A DNA stretch of 64,000 bases from Candidatus Aminicenantales bacterium (lineage in GTDB: Bacteria; Acidobacteriota; Aminicenantia; Aminicenantales; Saccharicenantaceae), in assembly GCA_049512315.1 (NCBI GenBank), contig JBEKXF010000009.1:1-64000 (forward strand), read 5' to 3'. The stretch's first letter is position 1. Every line of letters starts with the position of its first letter. Position numbers and translations under genes: made by a program. Below are positions 27,207 to 35,777 of this stretch, one piece after another. The notes under the pieces are model-generated. The model was given only the letters and a program-made list of their open reading frames with translations. It did not search any database and was not told the origin of the DNA.

Positions 27207-28157
27207 ATGAAACCGAAGATCGCCCTCGTTGCCTTCGGCGGCAACGCCATGCTCCCCGACAACCAGCGGGGTCTGCAGTCGGAGCAGATGCGGAACGCCC
27301 AGAAGGCGGCCGAGCTCATGGTCCACATCGTCCGCAAGGGCTACGAGGTCATCGTCGTCCACGGCAACGGGCCCCAGGTCGGCAACCTCCTCATCCAGAT
27401 GGAAGAGGCCGTGACGAAGATCCCACCCTACACGCTCGACGTCTGCGACGCCATGACCGAGGGCAGCATGGGCTTCATGCTCGAGCGGGCGATCACGAAC
27501 GAGCTCCGGCGCCGCTCCCTCGACAAGGAAGTGGCCTCGATCGTCACTCAGGTGGTCGTCGACAAGGAGGACCCGGCCTTCGGGCATCCGACCAAGCCCG
27601 TCGGGCCCTTCTATTCGAAATACCGGGGATTGATGCTGGCCCGGGAGAAGAAGTGGACCATGGTCGAGGACGCGGGCCGCGGTTACCGCAAGGTTGTTCC
27701 CTCGCCCAAGCCGATCGACGTCGTCCCCAAGGGGATCATCCGCGACCTCGTCCACGCCGGCCGGGTCGTCATTGCCGCAGGCGGCGGGGGCATCCCGGTC
27801 ATCATCAACGGCCGCGGGCTCTTCGAGGGCATCGAGGCGGTCATCGACAAGGACTACGCCGCAAGCCTCCTGGCCCGCGAGGTCGGCGCCGACCTGTTCA
27901 TCATCCTGACGGCCATCGACCGCGTCTACATCAACTTCGGCAAGCCCGACCAGCGGGAGGCCCCGGTCCTGACGGTCGAGGAAGCTCACCAGCACCTGGC
28001 GGACGGCCAGTTCCCGCCGGGGTCCATGGGGCCCAAGATCCGGGCGGCCGTCGAGTACATCGAGGCCGGCGGCCGGGAGGTCCTCATCACCCGGGACACG
28101 CACCTGAAGGCGGCCCTGCTCAACCGCTCGGGGACGCGAATCGTCGCTTCGGCATAG
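27207..28157 (+). CDS. arcC: carbamate kinase
   Basis: AFGGNA, HGNGPQVG, PTKPVG, GGGGIPV, VIDKD, GSMGPK. Confidence 0.96.
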   Translation: MKPKIALVAFGGNAMLPDNQRGLQSEQMRNAQKAAELMVHIVRKGYEVIVVHGNGPQVGNLLIQMEEAVTKIPPYTLDVCDAMTEGSMGFMLERAITNELRRRSLDKEVASIVTQVVVDKEDPAFGHPTKPVGPFYSKYRGLMLAREKKWTMVEDAGRGYRKVVPSPKPIDVVPKGIIRDLVHAGRVVIAAGGGGIPVIINGRGLFEGIEAVIDKDYAASLLAREVGADLFIILTAIDRVYINFGKPDQREAPVLTVEEAHQHLADGQFPPGSMGPKIRAAVEYIEAGGREVLITRDTHLKAALLNRSGTRIVASA

Positions 28158-28168
28158 GAGAATCGGCT

Positions 28169-29098
28169 ATGGAGAAAGACTTTCTATCGGTCCACGACCT
28201 GAGCCTCTATGAGTTCAGCCAGATCCTCGACCTCGCGGCCGAGATCAAGAAACGGCCGGACAAGTACCGCAAGGCCCTCAGAGACCAGATCCTGGCCATG
28301 ATCTTCCAGAAGCCTTCCCTGAGGACCCGGATGACCTTCGAGGCGGGGATGCTCCAGCTCGGCGGCGAAGCCATCTACCTCGCCCCGTCGGATATCCAGA
28401 TGGGGAGCCGCGAAGGCGCCTACGATATCGGGAAGAATCTCGAGCGCTGGGTCGACGGGATCATGATCCGGACCTTCGCCCACCAGATCGCGCTGGACCT
28501 CGCGGCGAGCACCCGTATCCCCGTCATCAACGCCCTGACCGACCTTTCCCATCCCTGCCAGGCCATGGCCGATTTCTTCACCCTTCGGGAGCACAAAGGT
28601 GCCCTGGCCGGCCTCAAGCTGGCCTACGTCGGAGACGGGAACAATGTCTGCCACAGCCTCCTCCTCGCCGCGGCCCGAGCCGGGATGAAGATAGCCGTGG
28701 GCACGCCGGCCGGGTACGAGCCGAACCCCCGGATGGTCCAGATGGCCCGCGAGGACGGGAAGGAGACCGGGTTCGAGGCGACGATCACCAATAGCCCCGA
28801 GGAGGCCGTGACCGGCGCCGACGCCGTCTACACCGACGTCTGGGCCTCGATGGGCCAGGAAGCGGAGAAAGAGAAGAGGGCCAGGATCTTCGCCCCCTTC
28901 CAGGTCAACGGCCGGCTCATGTCCCAGGCCAAGAAGGACGCGATCTTCATGCATTGCCTGCCGGCCCACCGGGGCGAGGAGGTCACGGACGAGGTCATCG
29001 ACTCGCCGGGCTCCGTCGTCTACGACCAGGCCGAGAACCGGCTCCACGTCCAGAAAGTCATCCTGACTCTCCTCATGGGGAAAAAAGACAAGAAATGA
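28169..29098 (+). CDS. argF: ornithine carbamoyltransferase (probably catabolic, ArcB role)
   Basis: KPSLRTR, HPCQ, GDGNNV, TDVWASMG, FMHCLP, QAENRLH. Confidence 0.95.
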   Translation: MEKDFLSVHDLSLYEFSQILDLAAEIKKRPDKYRKALRDQILAMIFQKPSLRTRMTFEAGMLQLGGEAIYLAPSDIQMGSREGAYDIGKNLERWVDGIMIRTFAHQIALDLAASTRIPVINALTDLSHPCQAMADFFTLREHKGALAGLKLAYVGDGNNVCHSLLLAAARAGMKIAVGTPAGYEPNPRMVQMAREDGKETGFEATITNSPEEAVTGADAVYTDVWASMGQEAEKEKRARIFAPFQVNGRLMSQAKKDAIFMHCLPAHRGEEVTDEVIDSPGSVVYDQAENRLHVQKVILTLLMGKKDKK

Positions 29099-31161
29099 GC
29101 AGCGAAACGAACAACCTCACGACGGTGACCGCGGACGATATCGTCCTCGTCGAACGGGAGCTCGGGGCGACGCCCCACCCCGTGGCCCTCAAAGTCCTGA
29201 CCGAACGGCTGGCCTTCGAAAAAACCGCCAGCCAACGGCTGCAGGACGTCAAGAAGTACGATCCGGACTGCCGCTACGAAGTGGGAGACTTCATCTACAA
29301 GGAGTACAACGAGCCCCTGACCGTGGGCAGCAAGACCGTCGAGCACTTCCAGGGGGCCGTCATCCTGAAGGTCGTCTCCAAGACCTTCTACAAGCATTTC
29401 AACTGCGACATGCTCGAGGTCGATTACCCGGGCGGCGGGGTCTTCCGGAAGTATATCGACTACATGAAGAAGACCCGGACTCAGGTCCTCCTCCCCTCCA
29501 ATCCGGAAGTCCGGAACCAGGCGCCCGAGCTCATCGCCAAGAAAGACGACCCTCGTCTGACCGAGCTCCAGATGACGGAGCGGGACCTCAAGACGCTCGA
29601 AAAGCACCTCCGGACCGAGCTCGCCAAGAGCCCGGCCTTCTTCGGCTGGGGCGACTTCTGGCAGCTCGCGTCCAAGCGCGTCGACATTCCCGAGGACCGG
29701 GTCAAGGAGATCGAGAGCGAGTTCGTGGAGACCAAGCACTCGGCCGCCACGGAAGACCTGGTCAGGAAGTATCTCGGGCTGGAAGCCTCGAGCGACTTGT
29801 TCGAGCTCACCTGCCTGAGCCTCAACGTCCTCCTCGAAAAGAAATACAAGAAGGAGTTCCTCCTCCTGGCCGACGCCGGTTGGGGCAAGTGGCACCTCAA
29901 GAGGATCCTCAATGCCCTCCCTGAACGGCTCGCTCTCTCGGCCCCGATGATCCGCCTCCCCGAGCTCGAGGAGGTCGAGAAGCCCGAGATGAGCATCGTC
30001 ACGGCCTTCCCGATCAAGGTCTATCTGACCTGGAGGGAGATCGTGTCGGGCGGCCTCAAGGTCCCCCGCAGCCTGGGGAAGGAGCTCTCCCATTTCCGGG
30101 AGTACACCTTCACCGATTCCGAGGACAACAAGTCCTTCACGGTCTATTACTATCCGAACGACAATTTTTTCCTGGGACTGGGGGACTTCTACGTCCAGGC
30201 CAACATCCCCCAGGGCACGAGCCTGACCCTCGAGAAAACCGGACCCAACACCTTCAATTTCTGGATCAAGAAATCGAAGAAGAAGATCTCCGTCTCCCGC
30301 ATGGCCTACGATTTCGACAAGGACCAGTTCCTGGACACGGGCGAGGAGAGCTATTCGTTCGCCGAACCGAACAAGATCATCTTCATCGAGCGCGAGACCC
30401 TGGCCAAGCTCCTGCCGCTTTACGAGCAGAGGGCGGACCTCGACCTCAGGGATCTCCTCACCCTCATCTTCAAGAATCCCGCCCTCGGCGGGACGTCCCA
30501 TTCGCTCCATTTCCTGAGGGCCTACCACCTCGTCGACCTCATCCGACAGACGACCCAGGAGGACGTCGAAACCGTCCTCCTCAACTCGTCCGATTTCTCC
30601 AAGTCCGACAAGAAGAAGGGGCTGTTCTATTACCAGGAGCCCTATGTCCCGAAGGAAGAGGCGCCGATCGGCTTCCCCGCCGAAGAGCCCCTGGCCGAAC
30701 CCTTGCCCGGGGAGCTCCCGAGGGAGGAAGGGCTTTCCGACGAGATCGGCCTCGAGCCCGGCCCGGAGGAAGCCGCCGCCGCGCTCCAGGCCGCGGCGGC
30801 CAAGGCCGCCGGCGGGGAAAAGCCCAAGGCCCCGTCCGCTCCGTCCGCAGCCGCCAAGAAAGAGAAGCCCTTCAAGAAGAAGAAGGCAAAGGCCGAGGGC
30901 GAAAAGGTCCCGCGGCCGAAGAAGAGCGAGCGGCGCGTCATCGAGGAGAAGATCGAAGAGGAAGAGTCCGTCGCCGAAGCCCTGTCCGCCATCAAGGAAA
31001 AAGAGGAGGAGGGCACGGAGACCAGGGCCCGGGAGAAGAAAGAGGAATTCAAGCCCGCCCCGAAGGAAGAGCCCAAGTTCGGCATCTTCGCCGACCTTCT
31101 CAAGACAGCCCTCAAGAAAAAAGAGGACAAGAAGCCCGAGGACGAGGGCGAGAAGAAATAG
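29095..31161 (+). CDS. conserved hypothetical protein (688 aa), possible nucleic-acid-binding folds, with a low-complexity E/K/P/A-rich C-terminal tail
   Basis: ATGA overlap with OTC; host-like codon usage; long uninterrupted ORF. Confidence 0.8.
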   Translation: MSSETNNLTTVTADDIVLVERELGATPHPVALKVLTERLAFEKTASQRLQDVKKYDPDCRYEVGDFIYKEYNEPLTVGSKTVEHFQGAVILKVVSKTFYKHFNCDMLEVDYPGGGVFRKYIDYMKKTRTQVLLPSNPEVRNQAPELIAKKDDPRLTELQMTERDLKTLEKHLRTELAKSPAFFGWGDFWQLASKRVDIPEDRVKEIESEFVETKHSAATEDLVRKYLGLEASSDLFELTCLSLNVLLEKKYKKEFLLLADAGWGKWHLKRILNALPERLALSAPMIRLPELEEVEKPEMSIVTAFPIKVYLTWREIVSGGLKVPRSLGKELSHFREYTFTDSEDNKSFTVYYYPNDNFFLGLGDFYVQANIPQGTSLTLEKTGPNTFNFWIKKSKKKISVSRMAYDFDKDQFLDTGEESYSFAEPNKIIFIERETLAKLLPLYEQRADLDLRDLLTLIFKNPALGGTSHSLHFLRAYHLVDLIRQTTQEDVETVLLNSSDFSKSDKKKGLFYYQEPYVPKEEAPIGFPAEEPLAEPLPGELPREEGLSDEIGLEPGPEEAAAALQAAAAKAAGGEKPKAPSAPSAAAKKEKPFKKKKAKAEGEKVPRPKKSERRVIEEKIEEEESVAEALSAIKEKEEEGTETRAREKKEEFKPAPKEEPKFGIFADLLKTALKKKEDKKPEDEGEKK

Positions 31162-31167
31162 ACCCGG

Positions 31168-32244
31168 CTACTTCAGGATGTCGCGGACGGAGCCCTTCCG
31201 CCGCGTCACTCCCATTTCGTCCAGGAGCTCGAGAAGGGGGATCGCATACTTCCGACTGAGCCCCGTCAGGGCCTTGAACTCGGCCACCGTCAATTCCCTA
31301 TTCCCGGAGGCGCGGATCTTCTTCACGATCTCGTCGAGCCAGCGGGAATGGAGGATGAACCCGTCGCGGCCCTTGACAATGGTCTTCCTCTCCATGAGCA
31401 CCGAGAGGAGCGCTTGGAGCTTTCCCGGGGTCAGCCGGAAATGTCTCCTGATCTCGTCGAGCGATACCTGCCCGAATTCCCCCTTGAGAAACATGTTTTC
31501 CATCTCGCCCAGGATTTTTTCGTCCGCGGGAGACAAGGGGGGGCGGAAATCGACGAGTCCGGCGAGGCCGTCGTCCAGCCTGACTTTCCCGTCCTTCACC
31601 AGCGACCGGACCGCCAGGTGCAAGATGTTCGGGGCGACCTCGAACCTTTTTTCGAGGCTCTCGAAGGGCGCGCCGCGATGGCCGGGGTGTTTCTTTTGGT
31701 ACTGGGCGAGGTAGGCGGCGATCCTCCGGCGGAGAAAATCCAGGCTGTCCTGGAGGACCAGGACGAGGGGCGAAAAGGAGAGGATGCGGGCCAGCCCCTC
31801 TTCCTCGATCCCGCGGGCCAGGGCTTCGACGCGGGCCCGGTCGAGCCGCGAAAAGCCCACGACGTCTTCTTCCCGGAGGCCGCGGATGCCCTTGGTCTCG
31901 GCCAGCATGAGGAGCATCTCCCGTTCGCCGAGGGACAGGCGCTCCAGGATATCTTTCTTCCGGGCCGGCTTGACCTCACCGGGGTCGGGCGGCGAAGGGT
32001 CGAGGACGACCCCGCGCCCGAGCGGACGGCCGTCCTCGGAACGGACCTCGAAGGCGTCCATCCACCTGCCCTCCAGGCAACGCTCAGGAGTGACGAGGGC
32101 CCAGGCCGTATTCTTTTTCTTGATCTTATAGACAACAAAGACGGCGGGAACGGCATGGCCCTGAAAGACGACGGACGCCCGTCCGGTCGGACTGAGGTCC
32201 CCGGCCGGAAAGTCGAGGGCAGCGTCAAAGGAGATCGTTTTCAT
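31168..32244 (-). CDS. stand-alone SelB C-terminal (winged-helix, SECIS-binding-type) protein lacking the GTPase domain
   Basis: Ends in FKALTGLSRKYAIPLLELLDEMGVTRRKGSVR (SelB last winged helix); degenerate domain III (DAFEVRS...GRGVVLDP); no P-loop. Confidence 0.8.
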   Translation of the reverse strand: MKTISFDAALDFPAGDLSPTGRASVVFQGHAVPAVFVVYKIKKKNTAWALVTPERCLEGRWMDAFEVRSEDGRPLGRGVVLDPSPPDPGEVKPARKKDILERLSLGEREMLLMLAETKGIRGLREEDVVGFSRLDRARVEALARGIEEEGLARILSFSPLVLVLQDSLDFLRRRIAAYLAQYQKKHPGHRGAPFESLEKRFEVAPNILHLAVRSLVKDGKVRLDDGLAGLVDFRPPLSPADEKILGEMENMFLKGEFGQVSLDEIRRHFRLTPGKLQALLSVLMERKTIVKGRDGFILHSRWLDEIVKKIRASGNRELTVAEFKALTGLSRKYAIPLLELLDEMGVTRRKGSVRDILK

Positions 32245-34343
32245 TTCGGCCTTTCTTCCGCTTCGGCGTCCGGGGCCGGGGCCAGGCCCATCCGCTGGAG
32301 GACGGGGTCGCAGGAGACAAGGATGACATGAACCCGGTCCCCCAAGTCAAACATTTTCCGGCGTCGCCGGCCGCGCCCGGACCGGCCGCGGGCGGGCCGC
32401 CCGCCCGGCCGGCGGCCCTGTTCGCCGTCAAGGTCACGGAAAGCGAGGAGCCCCTCGACGAAATAGTCGTCGAGCTCGACGATCAGACCGGCCTTCGTGA
32501 CGTCGACGACGACACCGGGGAACTCGTCGCCCAGCCGCTCCTTCAGGAGCCGGAAGATCCGCCATTCGAGGAGGCTCTGTTCGGCCTCGTCGGCGTTGCG
32601 CTCCCGCTCGCTCGAACGGCGCGCGGCGTCCTCGAGGTCGATGGGCTCGCTTTTCTCGCCGCCGAGCGCGCCCTTCAGGATCCGGTGGACGATCAGGTCG
32701 GGGTAGCGCCGGATGGGCGACGTGAAATGGGTGTAGTCCGTCTTGGCCAGTCCATAGTGGCCGACATTCTCGGGCGAGTAAACGGCCAGCTTCATGGCCC
32801 GGAGGACCTGGATCCCGACGAACTTTTCCTCGGGCCGGCCCCGGGCCTTCTCGATGACCGCGGCCAGGTCTTTCGACCGGACCTTCTCCGGCTCGGGGAG
32901 CGCGTATCCGAGCGGCAGGATCGTCTCGCGGAGCTTCTCCAGGTCGGCGACGGCCGGGACGGGATGGACCCGGTAGATCCCCGGGATCCCCTCCTCCGTC
33001 AGGAACGAGGCGACGGCGACATTGGCGGCCACCATGAACTCCTCGATCAACCGATGGGCCTCGTTCCGCTCGGCGGCGACGACGGCCTTGAGCTTCCCTT
33101 CCTCGTAGATGAGCTCGGGTTCGACGAGGTCGAAATCCAGGCTCCCTTCCTCCACCCGCCGGGCCCGCATGGCCCGGGCCAGGTCCCGCATGAGAAGGAC
33201 ATCGTCGACCAGCCCGGCGCAGCGCCGGCGCTCGGCGGCGTCCCCTTCAAGGATCTTGAAAACCGCGGTGTAGGTCAGGCGCTCGACCGTCCGGATGACG
33301 GAGGGGGCGAACTCGGCCCTCAGGACCCGGCCCTGGGCGTCCATCTCCATCAGGACCGAGACCGTCAGCCGCGGCACCGCGGGCCGCAGGCTGCAGAGGT
33401 CGTTCGAGAGCTTCTCGGGGAGCATCGGCAAAGTGAGGTCCGGGAAATAGACGCTCGTCGCCCGCTCAGCGGCCTCCCGGTCGAGGGCCGTGCCGGGCTT
33501 GACGTAGTGGGAAACGTCGGCGATGTGGACGCCAAGGAGAAGCCGGCCGCCGTCCAGGCGCCTGACGGAGACGGCATCGTCGAAGTCCTGGGCCTTCTCG
33601 CCGTCAATGGTCACCGTGGGCCAGTCCCGGAAGTCCCGTCGGCCGAGGATGTCCCGCGGCGAGAGCGCGCCCGGGATCACGGCGGCCTCGTGGAGGGTTT
33701 CGTCCGCGAACCGGAAGGCGAGGCCGTGCCTGCGGATGACGACCTGGGTGTCCACGCCCGGGTCTTCGGGCCGGCCGTAGATCCTCGACACGGCCAGGGT
33801 CTTGCGGTCGGCCTCGATGATCATCCCCGGCTCGGGCGCGAGACGTCCTTTTGACCGCAGGGCGATGTCCTCCGGCGAGGGCGAATCGAAGGCCTGGACA
33901 AAGGGCGCCCCGGCCCGCTCCTTGTAAACCCCGAGGATCGACGTCCGCTCCCTTTCGAGGACCCGGACGATCTTCCCCTCGGGCTTGCCGAACCGGCCCG
34001 AGTCCTTCACCAGGACCTCGACCTCATCGCCCTGGAGGACACCCTCGGCGAACCGGGCCGGGACGAAAATGTCCGGGCCGGCCCCGGCCGGAGTGACGAA
34101 ACCGAACCCCCGCCGCGAAGTCACGAAACGGCCGCGGACGAGCCCGGATTTCGCCGCGAGGCGGAACCGGCTCTTCAGCGAGCGGACGAGTCTCTCCTTT
34201 TCCAGGGCCTTGATCTCTTCGAGGAGTTTGCCGCGGTCCTGCCGCTTGACCTCGAGTGAGGACTGGATCTGGCCGAGGCTCAGGCCGTCCCGGCGCTTCT
34301 CAAGCAGGGAGAGGACCTTGGTGCGGAGGCTGGCTTTGCTCAT
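32241..34343 (-). CDS. rnr: ribonuclease R
   Basis: N-terminal HTH and CSD (GFGFV), TIDG..AQDFDDA, HIADVSHYV, RATSVY, IEEFM, HFTSPIRRYPDL, C-terminal S1 domain. Confidence 0.95.
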   Translation of the reverse strand: MSKASLRTKVLSLLEKRRDGLSLGQIQSSLEVKRQDRGKLLEEIKALEKERLVRSLKSRFRLAAKSGLVRGRFVTSRRGFGFVTPAGAGPDIFVPARFAEGVLQGDEVEVLVKDSGRFGKPEGKIVRVLERERTSILGVYKERAGAPFVQAFDSPSPEDIALRSKGRLAPEPGMIIEADRKTLAVSRIYGRPEDPGVDTQVVIRRHGLAFRFADETLHEAAVIPGALSPRDILGRRDFRDWPTVTIDGEKAQDFDDAVSVRRLDGGRLLLGVHIADVSHYVKPGTALDREAAERATSVYFPDLTLPMLPEKLSNDLCSLRPAVPRLTVSVLMEMDAQGRVLRAEFAPSVIRTVERLTYTAVFKILEGDAAERRRCAGLVDDVLLMRDLARAMRARRVEEGSLDFDLVEPELIYEEGKLKAVVAAERNEAHRLIEEFMVAANVAVASFLTEEGIPGIYRVHPVPAVADLEKLRETILPLGYALPEPEKVRSKDLAAVIEKARGRPEEKFVGIQVLRAMKLAVYSPENVGHYGLAKTDYTHFTSPIRRYPDLIVHRILKGALGGEKSEPIDLEDAARRSSERERNADEAEQSLLEWRIFRLLKERLGDEFPGVVVDVTKAGLIVELDDYFVEGLLAFRDLDGEQGRRPGGRPARGRSGRGRRRRKMFDLGDRVHVILVSCDPVLQRMGLAPAPDAEAEERPK

Positions 34344-34976
34344 TCAGTAATAGAAAAGGGAGACGTAGGGGATCTTGAGCTTTTCCCGGGCCGACTTGAC
34401 CGAACGGGTCCGGACCGCGGCGGCGATCTCGGCTGGTCCCTTTCCGGGAAATTCCTTGGCCGTCCGCCGCGCGAGCCCGTCCCGCTCGGTCCGCGACGTC
34501 CGGCTCCAAAGGACGGCGCCGACGCCGTCGTCGATTTTTTCCAAGGCCTCTTCGTCCGGGACCTCGCGCGCGAGGAGGCCAGCGGCCTCCTCGAAGAGAG
34601 AGCGGAGCCGCCGATCGTCCGCGGCCGGCCTGTGCAGGTACGCTTCGACCTGCCCCCGGGCCCGGGCGACTTTGGCGGCCCGCGGCGCGGTCGTCCTCCT
34701 GCGCCCGGCGGCCCGGTCCGTGTGCTGGGCCAGCGCCCTCCCGACGTGGGGCTCGCAGAAGGAGACGGAGATCCCCTTCGTTCCCCGGGCCCGGTCGCGG
34801 ATCCCGTCGAAGGCCCGGCCCACGCCCTCGAGGACGACATGGAGGGGGACACTGTTTTTCTCCCAGCCGTCGATCACGGCCAGGTCTCGGGGGGAAAGAA
34901 AGAACGGGGCGCCGCGGCGGCGGAGGAATTCCCGGGCGATGGCCTGGTAATATCCGCTCTGCTCCTGGTCCGTCAT
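34344..34976 (-). CDS. conserved hypothetical protein (possible DnaD-like domain)
   Basis: In-operon ORF between coaX and rnr; YY..I...F..RRG...LSP.D...I..W....VPL..V..G motif. Confidence 0.7.
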   Translation of the reverse strand: MTDQEQSGYYQAIAREFLRRRGAPFFLSPRDLAVIDGWEKNSVPLHVVLEGVGRAFDGIRDRARGTKGISVSFCEPHVGRALAQHTDRAAGRRRTTAPRAAKVARARGQVEAYLHRPAADDRRLRSLFEEAAGLLAREVPDEEALEKIDDGVGAVLWSRTSRTERDGLARRTAKEFPGKGPAEIAAAVRTRSVKSAREKLKIPYVSLFYY

Positions 34977-34992
34977 TTTTCCGGGGCCCGTT

Positions 34993-35763
34993 CTACTCTT
35001 CCCGGTTCCTTTCGAAGATGATCCTCAACCCTTCGAGAACCAAGTCCGGCTCGTAAACGTCGATGGCCGGGACCTCGGACGTGATCGGGCCGCCGAAGCC
35101 TCCGGTCGCGATGACCTTGCCGCCTCTCCCGAGCTCCTTCCGGACCTCCTCGATGATATTCGTGACGAGCCCGACGTAGCCGAAATAAAGTCCGGACTGC
35201 ATGCTTGTCACGGTCGTCCGTCCGACGGCCCGTTTCGGCTTGCGGATCTCGATCCGCGGCAGCCGGGCCGTTTTGAGGTAGAGGGCCTCGGCCGAGATCT
35301 GGATCCCGGGCGCGATCGCCCCGCCCAGGTACTCGCCCTTGGCCGAAATGGCGTCGAACGTCGTCGCCGTCCCGAAGTCCACGACGATCGCCGGACCGCC
35401 GTGTTTCTCGAAGGCCGCGACGGCCGCCGCGATCCTGTCGGCGCCGACCTCGAGGGGGTTCTCGTAGAGGATGGGCATGCCGGTCCGCAGGCCCGGCCCG
35501 ACGACGAGCGCTTCGAGGCCGAAAAACTCCCGGCAGACGTCCTGGACGACCGGCGTCAGCGGCGGCACGACGCTCGAGATGATCGCGGCGTCCGCCTTTT
35601 TCGGGGGGATCTCCGCCGCCTGGAAGAGGTTGAGCAGGACGGTCCCATACTCGTCGGCCGTCTTGTCCCGGTCCGTCTTGATCTTCCAGCTCTTGACGAG
35701 CTTCGCCTCCCGGAACATCCCGATGGCCACCGTCGTGTTCCCGATATCGAAGGCCAGAAGCAT
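34993..35763 (-). CDS. coaX: type III pantothenate kinase
   Basis: DIGNT, SSVVP, VGADR, VDFGTATT, GGAI.PG, ATGG. Confidence 0.95.
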   Translation of the reverse strand: MLLAFDIGNTTVAIGMFREAKLVKSWKIKTDRDKTADEYGTVLLNLFQAAEIPPKKADAAIISSVVPPLTPVVQDVCREFFGLEALVVGPGLRTGMPILYENPLEVGADRIAAAVAAFEKHGGPAIVVDFGTATTFDAISAKGEYLGGAIAPGIQISAEALYLKTARLPRIEIRKPKRAVGRTTVTSMQSGLYFGYVGLVTNIIEEVRKELGRGGKVIATGGFGGPITSEVPAIDVYEPDLVLEGLRIIFERNREE

Positions 35764-35777
35764 CGGTCCCCTCCTTA

